This document shows, in pieces, positions 23,050 through 41,799 of a stretch of 64,000 nt of DNA. Source of the stretch: Eledone cirrhosa. Its lineage: Eukaryota. Position 1 is the first letter of the stretch. Each line of letters opens with the position of its first letter. The stretch covers positions 98,456,001-98,520,000 of the forward strand of contig OZ024744.1 in assembly GCA_964016885.1 (NCBI GenBank). The letters run 5' to 3'. A model generated the notes under the pieces. It was not told the origin of the DNA. It ran no database searches and saw nothing but the letters and a program-made list of their open reading frames with translations. Made by a program: the position numbers and the translations under genes.

Positions 23050-23276
23050 CTCCACACCCCTGTCGCTGTAAAGTGGTCATGGAGGTGTCACCTCAAAAAG
23101 CACCCAGTACTCACTGTAAATGAAGTTGGTGTTAGGAAGGGCATCCAGCTGTAGAAACGAAGCTAAAACCAGTTTTGTGTGAGCAAGACATGGTCGCCTG
23201 ACCTGGCATTGCCCACAACAGGGCAACCCGTCTAACCCATGGTAGAGTGGAAACATTGACGTAAAACGGTGATGAT
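23050..23276 (+). mobile_element. RTE-type 3' tail fragment
   Basis: Shared module and terminal hairpin, ending gatgat. Confidence 0.75.
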
Positions 23277-23412
23277 TATATAATATATACATTTATTTGT
23301 GTGTATGTGTGTATGTATATGTGAATATAAACACACATGCAAAAAGTAAATGGAAACAACTCAGTACAATGAAGAAATATATTAGTTTAAAGTTTATATA
23401 GTAGGCAATGAG

Positions 23413-23448
23413 TCTTTACATTTCGGACTCTAGTCCTTCCTCAGAAGA
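23413..23448 (-). ncRNA. Minimal type-I hammerhead motif, same family as 22493
   Basis: tctt-CTGAGGA-a-ggac-taga-gtcc-GAAA-t-GTA-aaga. Confidence 0.7.
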
Positions 23449-23746
23449 TAGAATGAGAAATAAAAGATGAAATAGAAAGATAGAGAGTGAGAAGAGAAAG
23501 GAATGAAGAAATAGTGTTGGAGAAGTGCTGGTCAGTGGCTATCTTAGGTATTAGAGAGGTTTACAAAGGGAGGGAATCATTGTATATTTGGAGTGGATGT
23601 GTGTGCGTGTCTGTGTTAGTTTTGTTCATTTGTACATTGGAATTAAGTATGGGTGTTGGATAGTAATGGCGCTAGTTGCTCTTAGAGTGTAGATGTGTGA
23701 GTGAGTGCACGTTTGATCTATTCAACGTACAAATAAGTGTATGTAT

Positions 23747-23910
23747 ATCATCATCACCATTTAACGTCCATTTTCCATGCTTGCATGAGTTGGACGGGTT
23801 GTCCACGTTATGAGACAAGTCTGGGCAAATTGGCTGCGCCGTATGTTGCTTAGATTCTTACAGCTGGATACCATTCCTAATACCAACCATCTTTACAGTG
23901 TGGAACTGGA
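23747..23910 (-). mobile_element. RTE-type 3' tail fragment
   Basis: catcatcaccatttaacgtccattttccatgcttgcatg. Confidence 0.7.
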
Positions 23911-24014
23911 AAGCACCATTATGAGGAGCGACAAGCCAGTTGGCCGTGCCATATCCTGGTGGAGTCCTAAGCAAGGAAGATAAGGAACTGCTTACTAGGA
24001 GGTCATGGAAATTA

Positions 24015-24520
24015 TAGGTGGCGAGTTAGCAAAGTCGTTAAGACGTCAGAATGTTTTACGTTATTCATCCTACCTCATTGCGCGTTCTGAGTTCAAATCC
24101 AGCCGTGCTCAACTTTGCCTTTCATCCTTATGAGCTCAATAAAAGAAAAGTACCAGTCCTGTATTGGAGTTGATTCTTCCTCTATAGAAAACACCAGCTG
24201 TGTTCAGACCTGGAGAGGGTTGGGCTCTGCCAGGTTTAACCCTTTAATGTTCAAACCGGCCAAAACTGGCCAGAATTCTCTACCTCTTTCTGTTGAAACT
24301 GGCTGTAACTGGTCACTCAAACTGATGTTAAGGTATTGTTCTCAAAATAAATACTTTCAAAATCTCATAGATTCGATATTATGTGAGGTAAAGCCTTTAC
24401 CATGAAAATATAATAGTATATATAGAGTAATGTGAATGCTAAAGGATTAAAAGTCCCTTAGACACACCGTATGACGGTGCCTCTGCAACTCCACTAGAAA
24501 TTACGGGATCTTTAGGTGTC
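24015..24520 (+). mobile_element. SINE family B interrupted by a piggyBac-type MITE
   Basis: ggtggcgagttagca head, gagttcaaatcc B box; tail resembling 1370-1500 resumes after the MITE. Confidence 0.6.
24240..24446. mobile_element. piggyBac-type MITE
   Basis: TTAA-ccctttaatgttc ... gaatgctaaagga-TTAA (imperfect 13-bp TIR, TTAA TSD). Confidence 0.7.
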
Positions 24521-24539
24521 TATATGTATATATACGTAT

Positions 24540-24762
24540 ACATAATAATAATTTGTGGATTGACTTTCGTCAAATCGGACCGAAGAAACAATGTTTCCGT
24601 TGGTCTTTCCAATTGCTAATACTATCTATCGGTCGCAACTCCAGGTAGAAGGAGCAAAGTGAAATAAAGTGTCTTGCTCAAGGAGACAACGCATCGCCTG
24701 GTCCAAGAATCGAACTGACAACCTCACAATCCAGTTCTCTAACCAATCAGCCACACGCCTTC
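24540..24762 (-). mobile_element. tRNA-derived SINE (family A-related)
   Basis: Reverse complement: gaaggcgtgtggctgattggttagag...cagttcgattc...ccttgagcaagacactttatttcac. Confidence 0.75.
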
Positions 24763-24784
24763 ACAAATACATCTACATATGTTT

Positions 24785-26005
24785 AGGCAGTCGGACAGGC
24801 AAATAGTGTCTAATACCAAGGCATACCCTGGGGAAGAATGTACCCCACAGCATAGGTTAGTCGTTAGTGATATCTCAGTAAGCAAGAGATGGAATGAGAC
24901 ATACAGGAAGGTCTGGAAGCTAAAAGACCTTTCCCTAAAATACAAATTTAGGAAAGCCCTTCAAGATGTATATGACGAAAAAGAAGACGATTTAGAGACG
25001 TATGACATAGATAATAACTGGAATTGCTTACATGACAACTTGCTGCAGGCTACTGATGAAACTTGTGGTTGGAGCAGAGCTTCAACCAGACAGAGAGTTA
25101 CCTGGTGGTGGAACAGCACAGTAGATAAGGCCATTAGAGACAAAAGACTAGCATGGAAGGCTTGGAAAAAGGGTGGGAGTAGGGAAGAATATACAGCCGC
25201 TAAGAGAGAAGCTAGATGTCAGGTGTACTTAGCACGCAGGGAGGCTGAGAGTAGGAGGTTTGCCAATGTTCTGCAACGGGAAGATCAGAGGCGTGCGGTG
25301 TTCCACATTGCAAGGCAGTGTGTCAATGCAAATCAGGATGTTGTTGGAGATAAATGTGTCACGAATGATCAGAAAAAGGAGGCCTGGAAATGTCATTATG
25401 AGAGACTGATGAATGTGGAGAACGAATGGAGAGAGAGAAATTACCCTTAGTAGATCCAACAGAGGGACCAGCTATTGAGATAGAATAAGGACGGGTTGGA
25501 AGAAGTTTAGAGAGCTGCTTCCTCTGCTGACGAAGAAGGGTTTCTCCCTGCGTACGAAAGGCCGGTTATATGATTCATGGTAGTGAGACATGGGCAGCAA
25601 CTGCAGAGGATATGTGACGGCTGGAGAGAAATGAGGCAAGCATGCTCTGTTGGATGTGCAGTGTCAATGTGCATGAACGACCCAGCATGAATGTGTTGAG
25701 AGAGAAACTGTGTCTGAGAGGGATAGAATGTAGTGTACGGGAGAGGAGACTGCGGTGGTATGGGCATGTGATGCGCATGGAGGATGACCGATGGGTGAAG
25801 AAGTGCCAGGAAATGCCAGTTGAAGCAAGACGTGGTACAAGTAGACCACGAAAAACATGGGCGGAGGTGGTGAGAACAGACCTCAGATCACTGAAGCTCA
25901 CGGAGGAAATGACGAAGGACCGTGACAAGTGGAGAGATGCTGTGCTGAATAAGACCAGTCCCACCCTTGCAAGCAGGGAAAAGCTGACGTAAAATGATGA
26001 TGATG
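24785..26005 (+). mobile_element. RTE family 2 LINE with large internal deletion of the RT core
   Basis: QHRLVVSD, TWWWN...PAIEI joined directly to RIRTGW near 25480; short 3' end plus GAT. Confidence 0.9.
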
Positions 26006-28728
<2,723 letters not shown>

Positions 28729-28865
28729 ATCATCATCATCATCACCATTTTACGTCCGTTCTTCCACGCTAGCATGGGTGTATATGTATATATGTGTGTA
28801 TGTATGTATGTATATATATATGTGTGTATGTATGTATGTATATGTAATATATGTATATATATATA

Positions 28866-29306
28866 TGGACCGAGATCTTTGGCGCTACACAGTAATAGAG
28901 AAGACCCGCCTTACCTAAGTGCAAAGTGAAACCTACTACAGTCAGTAGGCACCTCTAACAAAATACAGCCCCGTCCCACTACCCACACCCCATCCACACC
29001 ACCCCTTTCAATGTAAAGTTATGTTGGTGTCACAACATCCAGCCCGAAACAAATGAGGTTGTGTAGGTGTCACAACAATAAAACACACAGTCCACGCTGT
29101 AATGTGGCCGTGTAGGTAACACGGTAAAAACCTCCCAGTTCCATACTGTAAATGTGGTTGGTGTTAGGAAGGGCATCCAGCCGTAGAAAACCCGCCAGAC
29201 AGTCCTATGCGAGCAAGACAACCATTCTTGCCTCAAGTGGGAAAACTCTCGTCCAAACCCATGCGAGCGTGGAATATGGACGTTAAACGAAGATGATGAG
29301 ATGATG
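28866..29306 (+). mobile_element. RTE family 1, 3' fragment
   Basis: [16 protein letters not shown] plus 3'UTR. Confidence 0.9.
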
Positions 29307-29349
29307 TATATATATATGTTTATATTATGTATCTATATGTATATGTATG

Positions 29350-29752
29350 AGAGATAACCCCTTAGCCTTTGTCAAGGCAGAATTCTAGGAGAAGGAAAAC
29401 TCTGATATAGCACCTGCAACCCTGATGGTATCCAATGATGTTGATGTGTTCTTTTTGGTAAATATCATCTTGGTTAAGAGAGTGGGACTGGCTTTGTGCA
29501 GTGCCTTTGCTCACTATAAAAGCTTCACGGCACAGGCAATGCTTTATATCTGGAGATCTCTCTGCACTTGTCGTCACATGGTACCATGGGCCCAGCACTA
29601 TGTGTCAGTAATTGTCACAAGTGTAGTGTTTGTACCAAAGTTTTCAAGTCGCTGGCTGGACTAAAAAGTCACACTCGTTCAGCGCATCAGTAGGGGTTCT
29701 CCTACATGGATATAAAGTAGTGGCCGTACTCGAAAACGAGTTGGCAGCCACC
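29350..29752 (+). mobile_element. RTE 5'UTR-like non-autonomous fragment
   Basis: ctaggagaaggaaaactctga motif typical of RTE/BovB 5'UTRs; similar motifs near 6215 (+) and 19840 (-). Confidence 0.4.
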
Positions 29753-29762
29753 ATATGTATAT

Positions 29763-32700
29763 ATCATCATCATCATTTTACATCCGCTTTTCCCTTCTTG
29801 CAAGGGTTGGACGGGTCCTATTCAGCACAGCATCTCTCCACTTGTCACGGTCCTTCATCATCTCCTAGGTGAGTTTCAGCGATCTGCTGTCTCCTCTCAC
29901 CACCTTCACCCATGTTTTACGTGGTTTTCCTCTAGTGTGTCTTCCTTCCACTGGGATTTCTTGGCACTTCTTTACCCAGCGGTCATCCTCCATGTGCATC
30001 ACATGTCCATACCATCTCAGCCTTTTCTCCTGCACACCACAACTTATCCTTCTTATACGCGGTTTCTTTCTCAACTCGTCTATGCTTGGTCGTTCACGCA
30101 CATTGACATTGCACATCCAACGGAACGTACTTCATTTCTCTCCAGCCGTCGCGCATCTCACACAGGCATCATATAACCGTCCCTTCGTACGCTGGGAGAA
30201 AGCCTTTGTCAACAGAGGAAGCAGCTCCCTAAACTTCTTCCAACCCGTCCTTATTCTAGATACTATGGCCTCAGAACACCTCCCTCCCATGCTAATCTGA
30301 TCACCTAGGTACCGGAAGCTATCAACCACTTCTATAGAACCCATCTGCATTGGAAAAATGTGTCTATCACTGCGATTACTACTGCCAACTTTCCCTCTAC
30401 ATCTACTGCATACATAGTTTTCCCTACCCGTTAGTTTGCCTGCTATCCCACTACATCTCTTGTGTACTCAAGATCTGCATTGTGTACATTTTATAGAATT
30501 TATGCCAGTTCCTTTCCTACATATCGAACATGGCCATTTCCCCAATTCTACTTATCAACACTTTTGTTTTAGCTATGTTCACTCTCAGTCCTCATGATTC
30601 CAACTGCTGTTTCCATAGTCAGAATTTATTCTCTAGCTCCTCTACTGATTCTGCTATAAGAACCAGATCATCAGCATAGAGAAGTTCCGATGGGCAGCCA
30701 GTCTTAAACTCCTCTGTTATGGCTTGGAGGACTATAATGAACAAGAGCGGGCTGAGGACCGAACCCTGATGTACACCTACTTGTATCTGGAATTCCTCAC
30801 TAAACTCCATTCCTATTCTCATTTACTGACAGCACTCCTGTACATAGCTTGCACTGTCCTCACAAACCATTCCTCTACACCTAGTTTCCTTAGGGACCAT
30901 CAGATGACAGATCGGGGTACCCTATCAAAGGTCTTCTCCTGGTCAACAAAAACTAAGTATAGTGGCTTATTCTTCTCTAAGAACTTCTCTTGTAATTGCC
31001 TCACTAAGAAGAGGCCATCTGGTGTACTTTTCAGAGGCACAAAACCAAACTGCATCTCATCTAATTTGACCCTTTCTCTAATCAGTTGCGCTAATATTCT
31101 GTCTACCACTTTCATAACCCGATCCATCAGCTTTATGCTCCTAGAGCATCCCCTTTACCTTTGTAGCAATTTATGAGAATACTGCTGCAACAGTCTTTGG
31201 GTATGACACCACCATATATAGCTTGATTAATGATGCGTGCAACTAGTTTAGTGCCTACTTCTCCTGATGCCTTCAGCATCTCAGCAACTATCCCCAACGG
31301 TCCAGCAGCCTTACCATTCTTTATTTCCTTAATTGCCTCTTGTACCCTATATTCGTCAATCTCAATAGCTGGTCCCTCTGTCAGGTCTACTGGGGGTAAT
31401 TTCTCTCTGTCCCATTCGTCCTCCACATTCATCAGTCTCTCATAATGACATTTCCCGGCCTCCTTTTTTTGATCATTCGGGACACTAAGTACACCGGCAT
31501 CATTCCGGACACACTTATCTCCAACAACATCCTGATTTGCACTGACACACTGCCTTGCAATGCGGAACACCGAACGTCTCTGATCTTCCTGTCGCAGAAC
31601 ATTGGCAAATCTCCTACTCTTAGCCTCCCTATGTGTTAAGTACATCTGACGCCTAGCTTCTCTCTTAGCGGCTGTGTATCCTTCTCTACTCCTACCATTT
31701 TTCCAAGCCTTTTGTCTCTAATGGCCCTATCTACCGTGCTGTTCCACCACCAGGTCACTCTCTGTTTGGTTGAAGCTCTACCCCAACCACAAGTTTCATC
31801 AGTAGCCTGCAGTAAGTTGTCACGCAAGAAATTCCAGTTATCATCTTATCATGTCATACAACTCTAAATCATCTTCTTTTTCATCTTGAAGGGCTTTGCT
31901 AAATTTATATTTTAATGAAAGGTCTTCTAGCTTCCAGACCTTTCTTTTCCATACCTTCCTGTATGTCTCATTCTTTCTCTTGCTTACTGAGATGTCACTA
32001 ACGACTAACCTATGCTGTGGGGTACATTCTTCCCCGGCATATGCCTCAATATTTGACACCATCTGTCTGGCTTATGTGCTTGCCTGATTTGAAGGTTATT
32101 AGGTGGTTGGTAGGCTTCTGGAACTTAGTGTTGCAAATGGTTAGTGCATTTGCATCACAAAATTCACTCCTTCTTCATTTCTTGAGCCGTAACCGTGCCC
32201 ACCATGTACCCCAGTATATCCATCCTGGAGCTGTCCAACATGTCCATTGAAGTCCCCCACTAGCATAATAATGTCTCTGTCCTCTGTCAATGAGGCTGTT
32301 TGTAAAAGTTGCTCGTAAAAGCAGTCTTTCTCTTCTTTACCTAGGCCAACCTGGGGAGCATAGGCAGAGATGATTGTCAGTAGTCTCTTGCCTACAACTA
32401 ATCTAAGCTAAATTATTCTATTACTAACTCTAACTACCTCTATTGTCTTATTGATCCATCTCTCAGCCAGTAATATGCCTACCCCACCTAACCCAGCATC
32501 ATTACCCACCCAGAAAAGCTTATAACTACGATGCTTGCCTGCAATTAGTCTTGCAGAGGCACCTCTCCATTTCACCTCTTGCACGCAGCACACATCCACA
32601 TGCCTTCTCTCCAGCATCTCCGCTATCTCACCAGATCTACCTGTGAGAGTGCCAACATTAAGTGTGGCAACTCTGAGATGCGACGTCTCGTTCTTTTTCT

Positions 32701-33450
32701 TCTTGTTATGTGATTGCCTTATGATGGTCGTGGGGTTCTCACACATGGCCTCACTAGCCACCCCACTTCTGTGCACAGCCCTAATATGGTTAGTGTTATT
32801 GCTGTTTACGCAGTTGTTTTTGTGCGATTGCTTGATGATGGTCGGGGTGGGGGTGGGGGGGTTCTCGCACATGGCCACACCAGCCACCCCACTACTGTGC
32901 GCAGTAGTTATTGCTGTTGACGCAGTTGTTGCAATTCTTATTTGTTGTGTTCATAATTTTGGCATTTATTATACTGGTTGGATTCCCTCCCTATCACCAG
33001 CACCATTTTACAGCATGGGCTGGGTGCTTTTATTCGTACCACCAACACTAGGGAGGTTGTCTTACTGGACTCAGGGTCCCTATCCACCCCTCCATTTTAC
33101 AGCATGGACTGGGTGCTTTTATTCGTGCCACCAGTACTAGAGAGGTCGTCTTACTGGACTCAGGGGCCCTATCCACCCCTCCATTTTATAGCATGGACTG
33201 GGTGTTTTTATTCGTGCCACCAGCACTAGGGAAGCTATCTTACTGGACTTAGGGGACTTCTCTACCCTGTGCCAATTTATTCGGAGTGGTAGCTCTCCTA
33301 GACGAGTTGCCTACATTACAGCTTACGGAGCCTCCGTCCGCCCCTTGTCTATTCTGATATATTCACGAGGGAGTGGTTAGCATACAGCGTCGGGCATGTA
33401 TACCGGATGTGGTGGGGGTGGGGCGAATAAGTGAGAACCGTAATGGCTGA
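29763..33450 (-). mobile_element. RTE family 2 LINE, near full length, frameshifted
   Basis: LRVATLNVGTL, CCVQE, GDFNGHVG, GVHQGSVLSPLLF, YADD, PHD remnant, GAT tail; 5'UTR has three 89-bp repeats (33003-33260). Confidence 0.92.
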
Positions 33451-33636
33451 TACATACAATTTTAACACAGTTTACAAGTCACATACACACAAATATATAA
33501 ATATGCAATAAATACACCCATCTTTACGAAAAATGAGAGCTTTCACTTTCGTGCAAGCAGTTACACATACTATTTGACATAATTTTGGAGATATAAAGAA
33601 ACCAAAACCTATCTTTAAGAAATCCATGTATATATA

Positions 33637-34937
33637 CGAGGGGGGATCAAGAAGTTCGCGGAATTTTTCAGAAATTTATTTTTCAAAAAATATGATTTAC
33701 TTTCAATTTATTTTTCTACATAGTTGCCATCCAGGTCAATACACTTCACAAAGCGATGCTTCCAACTCCGTCAGCCGTCTCTAAAGAAAGTTGAAGGCCT
33801 TGTTCGAAGCCATGTTGGCAGTGTTTTTAGCTTCTTCAACACCACTAAAACGGGTTCCTTTTAGCATTTCTTTGAGTTTTGGAAAGAGGAAAAAGTCTGA
33901 TGGGACTAAATCTGGACTATAAGGCGGGTGAGGAAGCACTTCCCATCGAAATTCTCGAAGAACTTCTTTTGCAACCCGCACAGAATGCGCTGGTGCATTG
34001 TCATGGTCAAACAAGATCCCACCATGAAGTTTCCCTTTTTGTTTCTTGACTAATGCCTCTTTCAGTTTCCTTAAAACATTTGCATAGTAAGCTCTTGTCA
34101 GTTCTTTGACCTTCAAGATAATCTATTAGTATCACCCCATCTGAATCCCAGAAAATGGTGGCCATCACTTTTTTATCCGACTTTTGAGATTTGAACTTGA
34201 TTGGCCCCGATGATCCACGTGGAAGCCACTGTTTTGACTGCTGTTTGGATTCAGGATCATACTGGTAGATCCAGGTTTCATCTCCGGTGATGATTCTGGT
34301 CAGGAAATGCTCTTCATCAACTTCAATTTTGTTTAATATCGCCAAAGACAGATCACTTCGAAGAATCAGCTGATCAGGGCGCAACGCTTTTGGGACCCAT
34401 CGCGCTGAAAGCTTGCTTAGTCCCAAATTATCGTGCAGAATTGAATTTGCCGAACCATATGAAATGTCTAGGGACTAACTGATTAACTGTTATTCTTCGA
34501 TCTTCTTCAATTAAAGTCTGTGCAGCCTCAATGTTTGGTCATTTTTTGATGTTCCTAGTCTTCCACTGCGATGGTTGTCTTCAAGGTCGTCTCTCCCTTG
34601 TTTGAATCGATGAATCCACTTGTAGACAGCATTTTTCTTTGGAGCAGTAGTACCGTAAACTTTAACTAAAGCCTCCATAATCTGTGTCCCTTTCCATTTG
34701 AGTTTCAGCAGAAACTTGATATTCGATCTTATCTCAAAATAACTATTTTCCATTGTTCCAAAAAGAGTTTTTTTTTAAAGAGTGTCAGTACTATACAATA
34801 GTCCACGCATGACTGACTGCAAGTGACTAATAGCAAGGTAAACACCCAGTGACAATATTGTGACATGTTTAATATTGTTTTAACCTATTTTTTTCTTACT
34901 ACGATAAAATTCCGCAAATTTTTTGATCCCCCCCTTG
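33637..34937 (-). mobile_element. Mariner (DD34D-type) transposon, full length, transposase frameshifted
   Basis: TA-flanked ~30-bp imperfect TIRs (cgaggggggatcaa...); WVP, TGDETW, HDNA, HPPYSPDL.PSDF motifs across three ORFs. Confidence 0.95.
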
Positions 34938-34949
34938 TATGTATATTTG

Positions 34950-34984
<35 letters not shown>

Positions 34985-35068
34985 ATGTATATATATATAT
35001 ATGTATATATATATTGTCCCACCCTTGCAAGCAGGGAAAAGCGGATGTAAATTGATGATGTATATATG

Positions 35069-35100
<32 letters not shown>

Positions 35101-35309
35101 AATATAAGTATGTATATGTACATACATATATGTATACAGACGTACAGTAGTATGTATATATATACATACATGCACACATATATATATGTACGTATGGGTT
35201 TACTGAACATTTATTATAATCTTCGGTTTGTTTGTAAACAAACAGCCCGAATTAAGCCGTACAGTGTTCGGCAACCATCGTTGGCCTTTTGTTCAACACT
35301 GACAAAGGA

Positions 35310-35352
35310 ACGATGAACTAGTTTCAAGCTTATTAGCTGTCGTGAGCATCGT
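35310..35352 (-). ncRNA. Hammerhead motif, mutated core (CTCACGA, GTT)
   Basis: acgatg-CTCACGA-c-agct-aata-agct-t-GAAA-cta-GTT-catcgt. Confidence 0.65.
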
Positions 35353-35787
35353 ATACCTTTCTGTCAGATGATTGAACGTTTGAAAGTATATACTTTCCTT
35401 ATGGATATTAACGGCTGAGTAGCCTAATTTGCATATTGAGTGAGTTAGTCGGGCGGGTATACCGAAAACGATAAATGAAAAAGAATGAAATAAAATTTCA
35501 TTTCTCACTCTTAGTATGGCTGATACTTAAATATAAGTATGTATACGTACATACATATATGTATTCAGACGTACAGTAGTATGTATATATATACATACAT
35601 GCACACATATATATATGTACGTATGGGTTTACCGAACATTTATTATAATGTTCTGTTTGTTTGTAAACAAACAGCCCGAATTAAGCCGTACAGTGTTCGG
35701 CAAACATCGTTGCCATTTTGTTCAACACTGACAATGCATATGGAAAGTATTTACTTTCAGACGTTCAATCATCTGATAGGAAGGTAT

Positions 35788-35830
35788 ACGATGCTGACGA
35801 TGGCTAATAAGCTTGAAACTAGTACATCGT
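35788..35830 (+). ncRNA. Minimal type-I hammerhead with canonical core
   Basis: acgatg-CTGACGA-t-ggct-aata-agct-t-GAAA-cta-GTA-catcgt; 6-bp helix I, palindromic ACTAGT helix III. Confidence 0.8.
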
Positions 35831-36079
35831 TCCTGTGTCAGTGTTGAACAAAATGGCAATGATGGTTGCCGAACATTATAATAAATGTTCGTTAAACCCA
35901 CACGTACATATATATATATATATATATACATACTACTGTATGTCTGTATACATATATGTATGTACGTATACATACTTATATTTAAGTATCAGCCGTACTA
36001 AGAGTGAGAAATGAAATTTCATTTCATTCTTTTTCATATATATATATATGTGTATGTATATATATATATGTGTATGTAT

Positions 36080-37075
36080 ATCATCATCATCATCATCACC
36101 GTTTTACGTCCGTTCTTCCACGCTAGCATGGGTTAGACGGGTTGTCCTGTTGTGGGCAGTGTCTGGTCGGCTGACCATGCCTTGCTCATACAGGAACTGA
36201 TCTGGCTTGATTTCTACAGCTGGATGCCCTTCCTAACACCAACCTCATTTACAGTGAGTGCTGGGTGCTTTTTCGTGGCGCCTACACGTCCACTTTACAG
36301 TGTGGGCTGGGTGCTTTTTTGCCGTGGCACCTCCACGGCCACCTTGCGGTGGAGGGGGGGGGGCATATTGTTTATATGCTTCAGCATGTACCCATGGGAG
36401 GTCGGGTACCCTGTATTACTGCGCGACGCCAGAAGTCACGGTCGTGTGTCATTGACTTTGAGAGGTGTAGTTGGGTAAGGTCGGCTTTTATCACCTCATC
36501 CCAAGTCATCTTGGGTCTCCCCACTCCGCGGTTTCCATCAACTTCTAGTGCTCTGCACCTTTTTATTCAGCTGTCATCCTTCATACGCATCACATGTCCA
36601 TACCAGCGTAACCGCCTCTCCTGCACGCAGCATTTGATTCCTCTTATGCTCAGTCTCTCTCTCAATTCCTTTATGCTTTGTCGTTCACGTATATTACTGT
36701 TACACATCCATCGGAGCATGCAGGCTTCGTTTCTCTCTAATCTACGTAAGTCTTCCACCTTCAGCGCCCAGGTCTCACTACCATGCAACATCGCTGTTCG
36801 GATACACGCATCATACAGTCTGCCTTTCATTCTGAGGGAGAAGCCTTTTGCAGCTAGCAGTGGTAGTAGTTCCCTAAACTTCTTCCATCCCGTTCTTACC
36901 CTAGTTATTGTACTTTCTGAGCACCCACCTCCGTTGCTAATTCGGTCACCTAGGTAGCAGAAGCTGTCTACTGTTTCTACAGGGCCCTCCCAGAGATTGG
37001 TGGTACTTGTTTCCTGTGGCTGTTTGCTTGCTGTTTCAGCACAGCTGCTGCATGTGAATCCTACATTCTTAATTA
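36080..37075 (-). mobile_element. RTE family 3 LINE, 3' fragment
   Basis: [21 protein letters not shown]; 3'UTR plus GAT tail. Confidence 0.9.
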
Positions 37076-37239
37076 GTATATATATATATGTATATGTCAT
37101 AATATATGTATATCGTGTGTCTAAAATTACGAGGGTATCAATGGGAGTTATTAACTCTGCCTTTTATTATTTGTATATATATGTATATGTATATGTATGT
37201 ATATATATATGTATATATATATATGTATATATATATGTA

Positions 37240-37338
37240 TGAGCAAGGCATGGTCAGCCGACCAGACACTGTCCACAACAGGACAACCCGTCTAACCCAT
37301 GCTAGCGTGGAAGAACGAACGTAAAACGGTGATGATGA
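37240..37338 (+). mobile_element. RTE 3' tail stub
   Basis: Reverse complement of ~36085-36190. Confidence 0.8.
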
Positions 37339-39807
<2,469 letters not shown>

Positions 39808-41285
39808 AAAAGGGAAACAAATCCCTTGCCGTGAATTACCGTCCACTCTCACTCACCTCTCATATCATTAAGGTATTTGAGAGAGTGGTGAGATCGCGAA
39901 TGACCCACTTCCTTGAGAGTAACAATATGCTGAACTCCAACCAGCATGGATTCCGTAATGGAAGGGATTGCCTGACGCAGCTACTGCATCACTTTGATGA
40001 CATTTTGAGAGCCTTGGGAGAGGGTTCCAACACTGATGTTATCTACCTTGATTTCAGCAAGGCCTTTGACAGGGTTGATCATAACATTCTACTGAGAAAG
40101 CTGTCCAATATTGGTGTCACTGGAAAGCTGCTGCAGTGGATCAAGAGCTTCCTGTCAAACAGAACCCAACATGTTGTAGTTGAGGGAGTCAAATCAAGCC
40201 CAGCCAAAGTCAGTAGTGGGGTCCCACAAGGCACTGTGTTGGGCCCACTTCTCTTCATCATCTATATTAATGACATCACTGACATCATCAAACACAGCAA
40301 CATTAAAATTTTCGCTGATGATTCCAAGCTCCAAAAGGTCATCAATGGCGTGGATGACCGGATAAGCCTTCAGTCAGACCTACTGGCTGTTACCCAATGG
40401 GCAGAAAAGAACAACATGTTACTGAACGAAGACAAATTCGAACTGATCCACTTTGGAAAAGAGGATGCTCTGAAACTCCCGTACTCCCTTCCCTCCGGGG
40501 AAACTCTCGTGGCATCTAACAACATCAGAGACTTGGGAGTAACCGTGGACAGCAACATAAGCTGGACCACGCATATAAGCAGCAAAGTTGACATGGCCCG
40601 CAGAATGTGTTCCTGGATCCTCAGAACCTTCCAGTCGAGAGATTCCCGCACCATTATCCTTCTCTTCTCTACTTTTGCCCGACCACACCTTGAATACTGT
40701 TGTCCACTGTGGTCTCCCCACACGAAACAAAGTATCATGAAACTTGAAGCTCCTCAAAGGGCAATCACGAAAAAGATAGATGGCATGTCAGACCTTGACT
40801 ACTGGGGTCGATTAGAAAACCTGAAACTTTACTCACTCCAACGTCGCCGTGAGCGTTATATTATCTGCATGATGTGGAAAATGTTCCATCATCAGTGCCC
40901 AAATGATGTTGGCATCGCTTTCAAGATACACCCAAGGCTTGGGCCCCGTGCTATCCGTCCCATTCAAAAATCTAAATCGCAACTCATAACAACAATACGG
41001 CACAATTATTTCACCTCAATCGGCCCTGCTCTCTTCAACATCACACCAGGACACGTCAAAACAGAAACTGACCACACAAAGTTCCAGAAGTCTTTGGACA
41101 AATTCCTCCAAGTAATCCCGGACAAACCACCCACACCCGGATATGTCTCCGCAAACAGTAATTCTCTTCTCGAATGGGCCATGGTGCCCAAATCCTGAAT
41201 TGAAAGACTTCGCCAGGTGGTGCTATTAAGTTAGACATGGCCTGGGCCAATACTGGCCAAAACATTTCAAAGTTATTCAAAGTTA
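39808..41285 (+). mobile_element. CR1/L2-group LINE family 1, copy C (5'-truncated)
   Basis: RT ORF 39831..41198 near-identical to copy A; same tail. Confidence 0.95.
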
Positions 41286-41315
41286 TATATATGTATGTAT
41301 ATATATATATGTATG

Positions 41316-41356
<41 letters not shown>

Positions 41357-41438
41357 ATATATATGTATGTGGGGGGCTGCGGTCAGCCACTATCTCCCCC
41401 CCCCCCCCTCTCTTTCTTCCCCTCTATCTCTCGCTTAG

Positions 41439-41485
<47 letters not shown>

Positions 41486-41799
41486 AGATAAGTTTTCCTT
41501 CATGTTTATCCACTTTGCTTCAATTATTTCTATGATGGACTCATGTAAACCGTAAAGTACAATCCTTCTCTCCATTTCCACGCTCAATTCCGTACACAGT
41601 CCAAACAAACATCCAATCTCGCAAAATCCGAAATCTGTATTTTTTTGTTATCTATTTAAGGTTTAAATACGGTGTTTTTGTCGTATTGAACAGAACAAAT
41701 CTTGCAGTTTTGCTTTTTGTTAAATCGCTTGTTAAACATTCATAACCTTCCAGCTAGCTACCCCACACCCCTCCCTCCCGCCCCCACACGCCACCATAC

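Larger units (their letters stand above)
35101..36037. mobile_element. 429-bp non-coding unit, 1.5 tandem copies plus an inverted copy, with hammerheads (retrozyme/pLTR-like)
   Basis: Unit starts at 35101 and 35530; inverted copy ~35736-36037; (TA)n flanks. Confidence 0.8.
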
